Of a stretch of 64,000 nt of DNA, positions 19,289-27,697 are shown piece by piece (within the stretch, counting starts at the first letter, position 1; each line of letters begins with the position of its first letter). The position numbers and the translations under genes are program-made. The notes under the pieces are model-generated. The model saw nothing but the letters and a program-made list of their open reading frames with translations. It had not been told where the DNA came from and ran no database searches. The DNA comes from an uncultured Bacteroides sp. (GTDB lineage: Bacteria > Bacteroidota > Bacteroidia > Bacteroidales > JACABE01): positions 13,306 through 77,305 of the forward strand of contig CAZWKQ010000012.1 of the NCBI GenBank assembly GCA_964634005.1, given 5' to 3'.

Positions 19289-19337
19289 TTTAACAATAAT
19301 TATTGTTAAAAAAATAACATTGTTATTTGCTTAACAA
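19289..19337. promoter_or_regulatory. Operator region: 22-bp perfect palindrome plus two tandem Rex-like boxes
   Basis: TTTAACAATAATTATTGTTAAA (19289-19310); TTGTTAA-AAAA-ATAACAT (19303-19320); TTGTTAT-TTGC-TTAACAA (19320-19337). Rex consensus is TTGTGAA-N4-TTCACAA. Confidence 0.65.
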
Positions 19338-19390
19338 CCAAAATTTAATTTTGGCTTTTTTATAAGGAATTAATTAATAGTTGGGTCAAT

Positions 19391-22222
19391 CTAAATCAAT
19401 CTGTTACATATTTCTGAATATTCGCAATATTTGCAATTGTCTTCGTTCGAGGTTTGAGTGAAAGGCAATTTTTTATCAAAAATCTCAGAAATTAAGCTTA
19501 CAAGCAAATTTTCAAATTCTACGATATTATTATGATCGACTTCTTGTTTATTTATTTTCAGACTAATAAGTCCTTCTGAAGGCTTTATTAGTGAAATTAT
19601 TCCTGCTTCCCAATTATATTTCTTTAATTCGGGAAATTGCTTATTTAAAAGTAAATAATAAAACAACAATTGAAAAGCATACGAATACTTTTTATCTTCT
19701 GTAACTTTTTCTATATCCGACACTTGAACGTTTTCTTTATTTATACTTCCTGATTTATAATCAATTATTCTTAAAGTGCCATCAATTAAGTCAATTCTAT
19801 CAATATTACCTTTTAAATTAACCGTAATTTCTTTATTTTCAATAATTAAATTTAAATTATTTAATATTTCTTGCTCGAGAAACAATATTTTAAGAAACTT
19901 ATTCTCATTCTCCAACTTTTTTATACTAGTTTTTTCGTTGTACAATAACTTTTTAATCCATGATTTTATTAATTCGTAAATCAGAAAGTTTAAACCATAA
20001 TCTATAGTTCCACCGCTATATAACTTATCAAATGCTTTGTTTAGAGTGAGAGCCAATTTATTGCTTATTTCATCAATATCTCGGACTGAGATAGTTTTTC
20101 CAACAAACGGATAATATAACTCTTTCAAAGTATCATGAATTATATTTCCCTTGGTATTATCCATAATATTTTCTTCGATAGTATCAGGAACATCAAGATT
20201 AACAATATATTTGAAATAAAATTTCAATTTACAATTGATGTAAGTGTTGAGCAATGTTGCCGAAAAACCTTTATTAGCCAATAAAAAAATCTTTTCAATG
20301 ATTTCATCATTTTTTTCAATAATTATACCATTGATATTTTCAGATTTATAACTTGTGATATTAACTAATCTTTCTCTTATAACAATATTTGAATTTATTT
20401 TAGGCAACTCATATTTCAATTGATAAATAAATCTGCTTTTATCGCCGCCCGAAAATTCATCAGGTTCTGTATTGTACAATATCTTTATATTTCCAGCTCT
20501 TTGAATAAGACGATAAAAATGATAAGCAAAAACAGCATCTTTCTCAATAATGGCGGCAATTCCGAATTTATTTTTTATACTCAATGGGATAAGAGAGTTG
20601 TTTTTGTTCGATTTTGGGATAATACCTTCATTAACAGACAATAAAATAACATTTTTAAAATCAAGCAAACGGGTTTCAAGAACTCCCATTATTTGCAACC
20701 CACTCAAAGGTTCGCCATAAAAAGACAGAGTTTCAGTATTTGCCTGTCTTTTGAATAATTTTCTTAAAACTATTATATTAATATAACTTGCATTTAAATC
20801 AATATTATTGATTATCTGATGAAATATTTCGGAGAAACCAAATAAGAATTCATTATTTAATTCATACTTCATTAAAATCTCATTTCCTTTCAGATAATCG
20901 ATAAGGCTAAAAATAATATTTATTAATTGCTTTGTAGTATTTTGAGTATTGAATATTTCCAGTAAATTATTATCCACAAAACCATTCTCAGAAAACAAAA
21001 CCAAAATATCGTTGTAATTGTAAAAAGTTTGATTAGTATTAGAGATTTTATCAATAATATTCTGAGTATCAAATGCAATTTTAAAATAACTGTGTTTTAA
21101 TATTTTTAAAAGATCGATATAAAATATAGTTCGGAAATGATTGTTTATATTAGAAAATCGGCATTGATTTTCGTGCAAAAGAAGAATACTGTCGAAAAGA
21201 TCGAAAATAGTGGTCTGTCGTAATGGGAATCCCATTGTAACATTGAATTTTCCGATATCTGCCGGCAAAGAGTTTATAACAGGAATAAGTAAATTTTCAT
21301 CGCATAAAACAATTGCCGTTGACTCGAGATTTTTTTCTTTTTCATATATTTCATTTATAATTTCCGGCAAAACTTTTGCTTGCCCTATTTTCATTGGCAC
21401 TCCTATCAAATCGATATTTTTGGCAAGTTCAGCGAAATTGTTTTCGATAAAAAGGCTGTTATTATTTATTAAACCTTTGTTTTTGAGCTTTCTGAAAAAA
21501 AAACCGGCTTCTTGGTTCTTATTTTCGAAATAATATTTATCAATATCCCATATTATTTCTGATTTCAGGTTTTTCAAAAAGTGATTTATTATTTTTTCTT
21601 CCGAAGGTGTTAACGCATTAAATCCGAGGAAAATAAAGCGTTCTGAATTTAAACCGAGACCTATTTTTTCAATATTATCTGCTACAAATCTGTAGTTATA
21701 ACCTTGATAGGCAATCTTGAGATTTGAAATACGCTCTTTTAGTTTTAAATAATAATCTTTTAAAGATTTATAAAAACTCAAATATTCTTTCTGAAAATCA
21801 GTAAGTGGTTTACCGTCTAAATTCCATAATTCAATAGCTTTAGTTTCGGTTATAAAATCAAAAATTCCGTCAATATCTGCCAAGAAAAAGTCAATTTCAT
21901 TAAAATCGGCAATCATCAGTTCCGCTACTCCGATAAATTCATCGAAAGTTCGGTAATTTGTAGGGTTTAGCTCAATATGAATTTTATAAAGTTCATTTAT
22001 TAAAAAAATCTGATTTGCAGGTTTCCTGTCAGAAAGTTCATTCACAAAATCTTCTATAGAATAAAACTTTGGAGACCAAAACGGCTTGTTATAATGGTTT
22101 GCTAGATATTTTTTCAGATACAAGCTTCCTCTTCTGTTTGGAAGAATTATAGTTAACGAATTTGTTTCGGAACCGTAATTTTGAAAAATATAATCGGCAG
22201 TTTTTTCTAAAAAAGTGGTCAT
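19391..22222 (-). CDS. AddB/RexB-like protein with C-terminal PD-(D/E)XK nuclease domain
   Basis: LPNRR, GFNAL, LETRLLDF, CKLKFYF, GNIDRID...IIDYKSG, QL..Y, C-terminal CKYCEYSEIC. Confidence 0.85.
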   Translation of the reverse strand: MTTFLEKTADYIFQNYGSETNSLTIILPNRRGSLYLKKYLANHYNKPFWSPKFYSIEDFVNELSDRKPANQIFLINELYKIHIELNPTNYRTFDEFIGVAELMIADFNEIDFFLADIDGIFDFITETKAIELWNLDGKPLTDFQKEYLSFYKSLKDYYLKLKERISNLKIAYQGYNYRFVADNIEKIGLGLNSERFIFLGFNALTPSEEKIINHFLKNLKSEIIWDIDKYYFENKNQEAGFFFRKLKNKGLINNNSLFIENNFAELAKNIDLIGVPMKIGQAKVLPEIINEIYEKEKNLESTAIVLCDENLLIPVINSLPADIGKFNVTMGFPLRQTTIFDLFDSILLLHENQCRFSNINNHFRTIFYIDLLKILKHSYFKIAFDTQNIIDKISNTNQTFYNYNDILVLFSENGFVDNNLLEIFNTQNTTKQLINIIFSLIDYLKGNEILMKYELNNEFLFGFSEIFHQIINNIDLNASYINIIVLRKLFKRQANTETLSFYGEPLSGLQIMGVLETRLLDFKNVILLSVNEGIIPKSNKNNSLIPLSIKNKFGIAAIIEKDAVFAYHFYRLIQRAGNIKILYNTEPDEFSGGDKSRFIYQLKYELPKINSNIVIRERLVNITSYKSENINGIIIEKNDEIIEKIFLLANKGFSATLLNTYINCKLKFYFKYIVNLDVPDTIEENIMDNTKGNIIHDTLKELYYPFVGKTISVRDIDEISNKLALTLNKAFDKLYSGGTIDYGLNFLIYELIKSWIKKLLYNEKTSIKKLENENKFLKILFLEQEILNNLNLIIENKEITVNLKGNIDRIDLIDGTLRIIDYKSGSINKENVQVSDIEKVTEDKKYSYAFQLLFYYLLLNKQFPELKKYNWEAGIISLIKPSEGLISLKINKQEVDHNNIVEFENLLVSLISEIFDKKLPFTQTSNEDNCKYCEYSEICNRLI

Positions 22223-22227
22223 TTATT

Positions 22228-22959
22228 TTATTTTAACTCTTTAATATAATTCGTGGCTTCCTTCAACTTATTGATACTGCCTAAATCGAACCAATAATCC
22301 TGATCATGTATATATGCCTTGATTTTTTCTTTTTTCGACAATCGCAAATATACGTCTATAATAGAAAATTTACCAACTTCTGCAATCATGGGTAATAGTT
22401 CGGGAGAAATAACCTGAACACCACTGAATGCAAGGGGTATAAGTTCTTCTCTTTTATAATTTTCATTAACAATCACTAATTCATTAGCAGTGGTGTTTTC
22501 CCAACCCGAAAGAAATAATTCGCTGTTGAAAAGTAGCTTTCTGTTGCTTTCTCTATTCCTTACTGCCAATGTTGCCAATGCTTCGCTTTCTAAATGCTCG
22601 TTATACAGGTCTATAAGATTGATATTTGTAGCAATATCGACATTATAAGCAAAGAAAGGCTTACCATCGTTGAAAAAATGAGCAGCTTTTTTCAGTCCAC
22701 CGCCTGTATCAATTAAAAAACGGCTCTCATCGGAAAATTCAATTCTAATTCCAAAATCATTTTTCTTAAAATAATCTTTTATCAAATCGGCAAAATGATG
22801 AACATTAATAATAACTTCATTTACTCCGGCATCTATAAGCTTTTTTAAAACAACTGCGATAAATGGTTCTCCGTCTAATTCTACCAGTGCCTTAGGTTTA
22901 TCGTTTGTCAACGGTTTTAGTCTTGACCCTAAACCTGCCGCAAATATCATTGCTTTCAT
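22228..22959 (-). CDS. Nucleotidyltransferase (NTP_transferase, MurU/RmlA-like)
   Basis: AMIFAAGLGSRLKPLT..KPKAL; DTGGGL; WFDLG. Confidence 0.88.
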   Translation of the reverse strand: MKAMIFAAGLGSRLKPLTNDKPKALVELDGEPFIAVVLKKLIDAGVNEVIINVHHFADLIKDYFKKNDFGIRIEFSDESRFLIDTGGGLKKAAHFFNDGKPFFAYNVDIATNINLIDLYNEHLESEALATLAVRNRESNRKLLFNSELFLSGWENTTANELVIVNENYKREELIPLAFSGVQVISPELLPMIAEVGKFSIIDVYLRLSKKEKIKAYIHDQDYWFDLGSINKLKEATNYIKELK

Positions 22960-23007
22960 AACAAAATTTAAGTTTAAATAGTATTTTTTTCTATAATTAT
23001 TTAATTT

Positions 23008-23130
23008 CTAATTATTTGCTTTAGGCTTACATAATTTCTTAGCCTTATTTGAAGTGCTGTTACATTTTTTACAAATGTATTTATCTTCTTTTGAATTTTT
23101 ATCTGAATTACATTTTTTTTCTTTTGACAT
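23008..23130 (-). CDS. Small Cys/Lys-rich protein (40 aa), absent from the ORF track
   Basis: Translated by hand: MSKEKKCNSDKNSKEDKYICKKCNSTSNKAKKLCKPKANN*. ATG lies 2 nt after the upstream stop; contains a YxCxxC-x10-CKP pattern. Confidence 0.7.
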   Translation of the reverse strand: MSKEKKCNSDKNSKEDKYICKKCNSTSNKAKKLCKPKANN

Positions 23131-23132
23131 TG

Positions 23133-23588
23133 CTAAATGATTTTAAAATAGTCGGGAATTTCATCCAGAAAATTAAACGATAAATTATCGAAATTAATTT
23201 TGCACATATAATGATTTATCCCGTTAGTAACTAACAAATATTCTACTTTTAACGGCAAATTATATTGGGCAATTTGATCGAAAACATTATTATTCAATTC
23301 AATATGTGGGGCTTTACATTCTACAATCAATTTAGGAAGTGTATCATTTTTTCCATAAACAACAATATCTGTTCTTCTGTTCATTCCATTAACAATCAAT
23401 GACTTTTCAACTGAAAGTAGTGTTAACGGATAATTTTTAAAGTTTATCAAGTAATGAATACAATGTTGTCTTACCCACTCTTCTTCTGTGAGTAAAATAT
23501 ATTTTTTTCTGACTATGTCAAATATCTCATGTCCTCTTTTGGTTGTTTTTATATTAAACTTAAATTCAGGAAAGTTTAAATTGTGCAT
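23133..23588 (-). CDS. HsdR N-terminal-domain protein (HSDR_N_2-like, stand-alone)
   Basis: IFDIVRKKY...EEWVRQH, RTDIV, IVECKAP, Q...YN, LVTNG. Confidence 0.85.
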   Translation of the reverse strand: MHNLNFPEFKFNIKTTKRGHEIFDIVRKKYILLTEEEWVRQHCIHYLINFKNYPLTLLSVEKSLIVNGMNRRTDIVVYGKNDTLPKLIVECKAPHIELNNNVFDQIAQYNLPLKVEYLLVTNGINHYMCKINFDNLSFNFLDEIPDYFKII

Positions 23589-23667
23589 TAAAAAATTATT
23601 TTATAAAAATGTTTTACAAAGTTACCTATTTTGAAAAACCAAGCTTACTACAGATATTAATTTTTGC

Positions 23668-23675
23668 TACTTTTG
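23668..23675 (+). promoter_or_regulatory. -7 promoter element (TACTTTTG)
   Basis: TAnnTTTG match 31 nt upstream of the oxidoreductase ATG. Confidence 0.5.
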
Positions 23676-23706
23676 TGATTATTTAAAAATAGAATTAAAA
23701 ATCAAT

Positions 23707-26634
23707 ATGGAAATCATACATAATAAACTCAAAGAACTATCGAAAGAGTTTAAAGGAGAAATATATACCGATAAAATAACACAGATTCTATATTCTACAG
23801 ATGCATCAGCATACAAAGAAACTCCATTAGCCATAACACTTCCAAAAGACAAAAACGATATTAAACTTCTCATTGATTTTGCAATAAAAAATAAAACTTC
23901 GCTAATTCCAAGGACTGCGGGTACATCATTAGCAGGTCAGGTTGTAGGAAACAGCATAATTGTTGATGTCTCGAAATATTTGAACAAAATTATTGAAATA
24001 AACGAAGCAGAGAAATGGGTCAGAGTAGAGCCGGGTGTGGTTTTGGACGAACTGAATAAAATACTCGAACCTAAAGGCTTATTTTTCGGTCCCGAAACAT
24101 CAACTTCGAACAGATGTATGATAGGTGGAATGGTTGGAAATAATTCGTGCGGAGCACATTCGCTTATATACGGTAGTACACGCGAGCATACAATAGCCAT
24201 CAAAGGATTTATGAGCGACGGCTCGGAAGTTGAGTTTAAACCACTTAGTAATGAAGAGTTTAAACAAAAAATTAATGATAATAATCTCGAAGGCAAAGTA
24301 TATCGGCAAATATTCAATATTCTTTCGAACGAAGAAAACAGAAAAGAAATTGAAGAACAATTTCCCGATAAAGCAATAGAAAGAAGAAACACAGGCTATG
24401 CCATCGATTTACTTCTTCATATGCAACCTTTTAATCCTGACGGCGAAAAATTTAATTTTTGCAAATTATTGGCAGGATCAGAAGGTACATTATTTTTCTC
24501 TACCGAAATAACATTAAATCTTGTCCCTTTACCTCCCAAAAATGTTGCTCTTGTTTGTGTACATTGCCACACGCTGGAAGATGCATTGGCAGCTAATATT
24601 ATTGCATTGAAACACAAGCCTTTTTCTGTCGAGCTTATGGACGATATTATTATCAATTGTACTAAAGACAACATTGAACAATCGAAAAACCGTTTTTTTA
24701 TTCAAGGTAATCCCGGTGCAATATTGATAGTAGAATTTGCTAAAGATAAGTTCGAAGAGATTGAAGCAGCAGCAAAACTTATGGAAGCAGAAATGAGGGA
24801 GGCAGGTTACGGCTACTATTTTCCGATTATAACGGGGAAAGACACCAAAAAAGTCTGGAACTTACGAAAAGCCGGATTAGGTTTATTATCAAACATTCCG
24901 GGTGATGCAAAACCTGTCCCGGTTGTTGAAGATACTGCTGTTAATCCCCATCATTTACCCGATTATATTAAAGAGTTTAAAGAACTTTTAAACAAGCATA
25001 ACCTCAGCTGTGTTTATTATGCACATATTGCTACAGGAGAGCTTCATCTGCGACCGGTTTTAAATTTAAAAGACCCGAAAGATATCGAACTGTTCCATAC
25101 AATAGCCTATGAAACTGCATTATTAGTAAAAAAATACAAAGGTTCACTTAGCGGCGAACATGGTGACGGCAGACTCAGAGGCGAATTTATACCATTGATG
25201 ATAGGTGAAAAAAACTACAATCTTATCAAGGAAATTAAAAAAACATGGGATCCTTTAAATATTTTCAATCCCCAAAAAATTGTCGATACTCCGCCAATGA
25301 ACACTCACCTGCGTTATATTCCAAATCAAATAACAAAAGATATTGAAACAATCTTAGATTTCAGTAATGATTTGGGTATTATAAGAGCGGCCGAAAGGTG
25401 CAATGGATCGGGTGATTGCAGAAAATCTGCAATTATTGGTGGTACTATGTGCCCAAGTTATATGGCTACAAAAGATGAGAAAAATACCACAAGAGCAAGG
25501 GCAAACATTCTTAGAGAATTTTTAACTAATTCAAATAAAAAAAATCCCTTTGATCACAAAGAAATATATGAAATCCTTGATTTATGTCTTTCATGTAAAG
25601 GCTGTAAATCTGAATGCCCATCGAATGTCGATATGGCTAAACTTAAAGCTGAATTTCTTCAGCATTACTACGATGCAAACGGTGTACCATTACGTTCATT
25701 AGCAATAGCATATATTGCAAAAATAAACAGCATTGGAAGTTATTTTACGCCGATAACAAATTTCTTCTTAAAAAACTATCTTACTTCAGCATTATCGAAG
25801 AAAATTTTAGGGTTTTCCTCAAATAGAAAAATCCCATTATTGTCCGAAATAACACTTAACCGCTGGTATAAAAAACATAAAAATACTAATATCGAATATC
25901 CAAACGGTAAGGTCTATTTATTTTCAGACGAGTTTACCAATTTCAACGAGTCGGAAATTGGTATTAAAGCAATACTATTACTTGAGAAACTGGGTTACAA
26001 AGTAGTTATAACAAAACACTTGGAAAGCGGAAGAACATTTATATCAAAAGGATTACTGAGGAGTGCAAAAAAAATTGCCAATAAAAATATTGTTTACTTA
26101 AAAGACATTATTGATGAAAACTGCCCATTAATAGGGATAGAACCGTCAGCAATTCTGAGTTTCAGAGACGAGTACCCCGACCTTGCCGATAAACACCTTA
26201 AAGAAGATGCCAAAAAAATTGCATCAAACTCTTTTATGTTCGATGAATTTTTTATGCAGGAAGTTAAAAAAGGAAAAATAAAAAAATCTTCTTTTACACT
26301 TGATGCAAAAAAAATAAAACTACACGGGCATTGTCAGCAAAAAGCTATTGCTTCCACTATACCAACATTAGAAATGCTCTCGTTTCCTGAAAATTATGAA
26401 GTTAGCGAAATACCTTCGGGCTGTTGTGGCATGGCCGGCTCGTTCGGTTATGAAAAGGAGCATTACGACTTATCTATGAAAGTTGGCGAATTGGTATTGT
26501 TCCCCGAAATCAGAAAAACTGATGACGAAACTATAATCGCCGCTGTAGGCACAAGTTGTCGTTGCCAAATAAAAGACGGAACTAACCGTACAGCATTACA
26601 TCCTGTTGAAATTATTTATAATGCACTGATTTAA
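23707..26634 (+). CDS. FAD-linked / Fe-S oxidoreductase (D-lactate/glycolate dehydrogenase-like, GlcD-GlcF fusion, YdiJ-like)
   Basis: FAD_binding_4 (RTAGTSLAGQ, GSEGTL, SGEHGDG), two [4Fe-4S] motifs (CNGSGDC, CLSCKGCKSECP), CCG domains. Confidence 0.9.
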   Translation: MEIIHNKLKELSKEFKGEIYTDKITQILYSTDASAYKETPLAITLPKDKNDIKLLIDFAIKNKTSLIPRTAGTSLAGQVVGNSIIVDVSKYLNKIIEINEAEKWVRVEPGVVLDELNKILEPKGLFFGPETSTSNRCMIGGMVGNNSCGAHSLIYGSTREHTIAIKGFMSDGSEVEFKPLSNEEFKQKINDNNLEGKVYRQIFNILSNEENRKEIEEQFPDKAIERRNTGYAIDLLLHMQPFNPDGEKFNFCKLLAGSEGTLFFSTEITLNLVPLPPKNVALVCVHCHTLEDALAANIIALKHKPFSVELMDDIIINCTKDNIEQSKNRFFIQGNPGAILIVEFAKDKFEEIEAAAKLMEAEMREAGYGYYFPIITGKDTKKVWNLRKAGLGLLSNIPGDAKPVPVVEDTAVNPHHLPDYIKEFKELLNKHNLSCVYYAHIATGELHLRPVLNLKDPKDIELFHTIAYETALLVKKYKGSLSGEHGDGRLRGEFIPLMIGEKNYNLIKEIKKTWDPLNIFNPQKIVDTPPMNTHLRYIPNQITKDIETILDFSNDLGIIRAAERCNGSGDCRKSAIIGGTMCPSYMATKDEKNTTRARANILREFLTNSNKKNPFDHKEIYEILDLCLSCKGCKSECPSNVDMAKLKAEFLQHYYDANGVPLRSLAIAYIAKINSIGSYFTPITNFFLKNYLTSALSKKILGFSSNRKIPLLSEITLNRWYKKHKNTNIEYPNGKVYLFSDEFTNFNESEIGIKAILLLEKLGYKVVITKHLESGRTFISKGLLRSAKKIANKNIVYLKDIIDENCPLIGIEPSAILSFRDEYPDLADKHLKEDAKKIASNSFMFDEFFMQEVKKGKIKKSSFTLDAKKIKLHGHCQQKAIASTIPTLEMLSFPENYEVSEIPSGCCGMAGSFGYEKEHYDLSMKVGELVLFPEIRKTDDETIIAAVGTSCRCQIKDGTNRTALHPVEIIYNALI

Positions 26635-26674
26635 TTCGAAATTAAATTTTAGAGGCTTAATATATTGATAATAA

Positions 26675-26713
26675 AAATGCCCCATGATTTACTCACAGGG
26701 CATTTAACTTTTT
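26675..26713. terminator. Probable bidirectional rho-independent terminator
   Basis: AAATGCCC...GGGCATTT stem with A-tract on the left and T-tract on the right, between convergent genes. Confidence 0.65.
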
Positions 26714-27211
26714 TTATTTTTTACTTCTTAGGGAAGTATTAATTTGCTTTGACCATTTGTCAGCCAGTTGCAATTCACCAGTTAACTGAACATTATTTAA
26801 TTCGTTAAATAATTCGAATTTCGTTTCTCCTTTGTCCTTATTTTTTGGAATAAAACAAAGTTCTAACTTTTCGATAATCGAAGTACTATCTTTGTTATTT
26901 TTTACACTTCTTGCTTTTTCGGCAACCTTACAAGCTTGAATTTCATTTAAATCAACACTTTGAAAAGTTGTTTCTGACGAATTTTGTTTCAAGAAGAAAA
27001 TAAAATCTTTTTCATTATCTTTCCCTAAAACAAAATCACCGGAAAATTCGTATTGGCTTATTTTACAATTATTTTTCTCTGCATTTTCAGCCAATAAATG
27101 TAACATTTTATTGTTTTTTCTAATCTTATTGATATGCATTATTATAAATGGAGTAATACATATCAAAATAAATACTATACCTATTATGATTGTTCCTAAA
27201 TCAATTTCCAT
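26714..27211 (-). CDS. Hypothetical N-terminally anchored membrane protein
   Basis: One N-terminal TM helix (GTIIIGIVFILICITPF) and a soluble C-domain. I recall similar proteins near Bacteroidota metal-efflux loci (not verified). Confidence 0.75.
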   Translation of the reverse strand: MEIDLGTIIIGIVFILICITPFIIMHINKIRKNNKMLHLLAENAEKNNCKISQYEFSGDFVLGKDNEKDFIFFLKQNSSETTFQSVDLNEIQACKVAEKARSVKNNKDSTSIIEKLELCFIPKNKDKGETKFELFNELNNVQLTGELQLADKWSKQINTSLRSKK

Positions 27212-27312
27212 AATTCTGTTATTAAAAAATTAAAAAATAATTACCCGAGCTTCACAAAACTGTAAAGCATAAAAAATTAAACAACCTTTAAAACAAGGTT
27301 TTATAATATTTT

Positions 27313-27684
27313 TTACCAGAAATAATGGAAAGGAAAAATAATGTCGGACTTTCTATGTTTAATCAGGATATCTCCTGAAAATGAAGTGTATTGAGTAAAT
27401 TCTGTTTCAAGGAAGTTTTCAGCATATTTAAAAATAGCGTCAAACTGTAAAAACGGGATTTTAAAATTCTGAGAAAAGAAATTATTTATATTGTCAACCG
27501 AATTTTCAAACTTTGAAAAACTGCAATACAGATTAGCTGAAAACTCGACAAATACACTTTCCTGTAGTGAATCGGGAGAATTTGAAATACCAGAGAATTG
27601 GGGTACTTTATTGAAACTTGCTATTACAAAGCAATATGCAATAATTAAGAAATTAACACCAAAACTTCTAATTTTATTTTTCAC
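27313..27684 (-). CDS. Hypothetical protein ending in DIIFPFHYFW
   Basis: Signal-peptide-like N-terminus and an aromatic/His-rich C-terminus; follows cvrA after a 13-nt gap. Confidence 0.7.
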   Translation of the reverse strand: MKNKIRSFGVNFLIIAYCFVIASFNKVPQFSGISNSPDSLQESVFVEFSANLYCSFSKFENSVDNINNFFSQNFKIPFLQFDAIFKYAENFLETEFTQYTSFSGDILIKHRKSDIIFPFHYFW

Positions 27685-27697
27685 GATGCAAAATTAA

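Noticed and set aside
19338-19354. CCAAAATT-T-AATTTTGG hairpin as the terminator of the AddB-like gene
   Set aside because: A/T-only core and the U-tract is on the wrong strand for that gene; too weak to call.
19391-23588. AddB-like nuclease plus HsdR_N gene as a possible defence or R-M system
   Set aside because: No methylase, specificity subunit or helicase partner nearby; both stand-alone families are commonplace in Bacteroidota core genomes.
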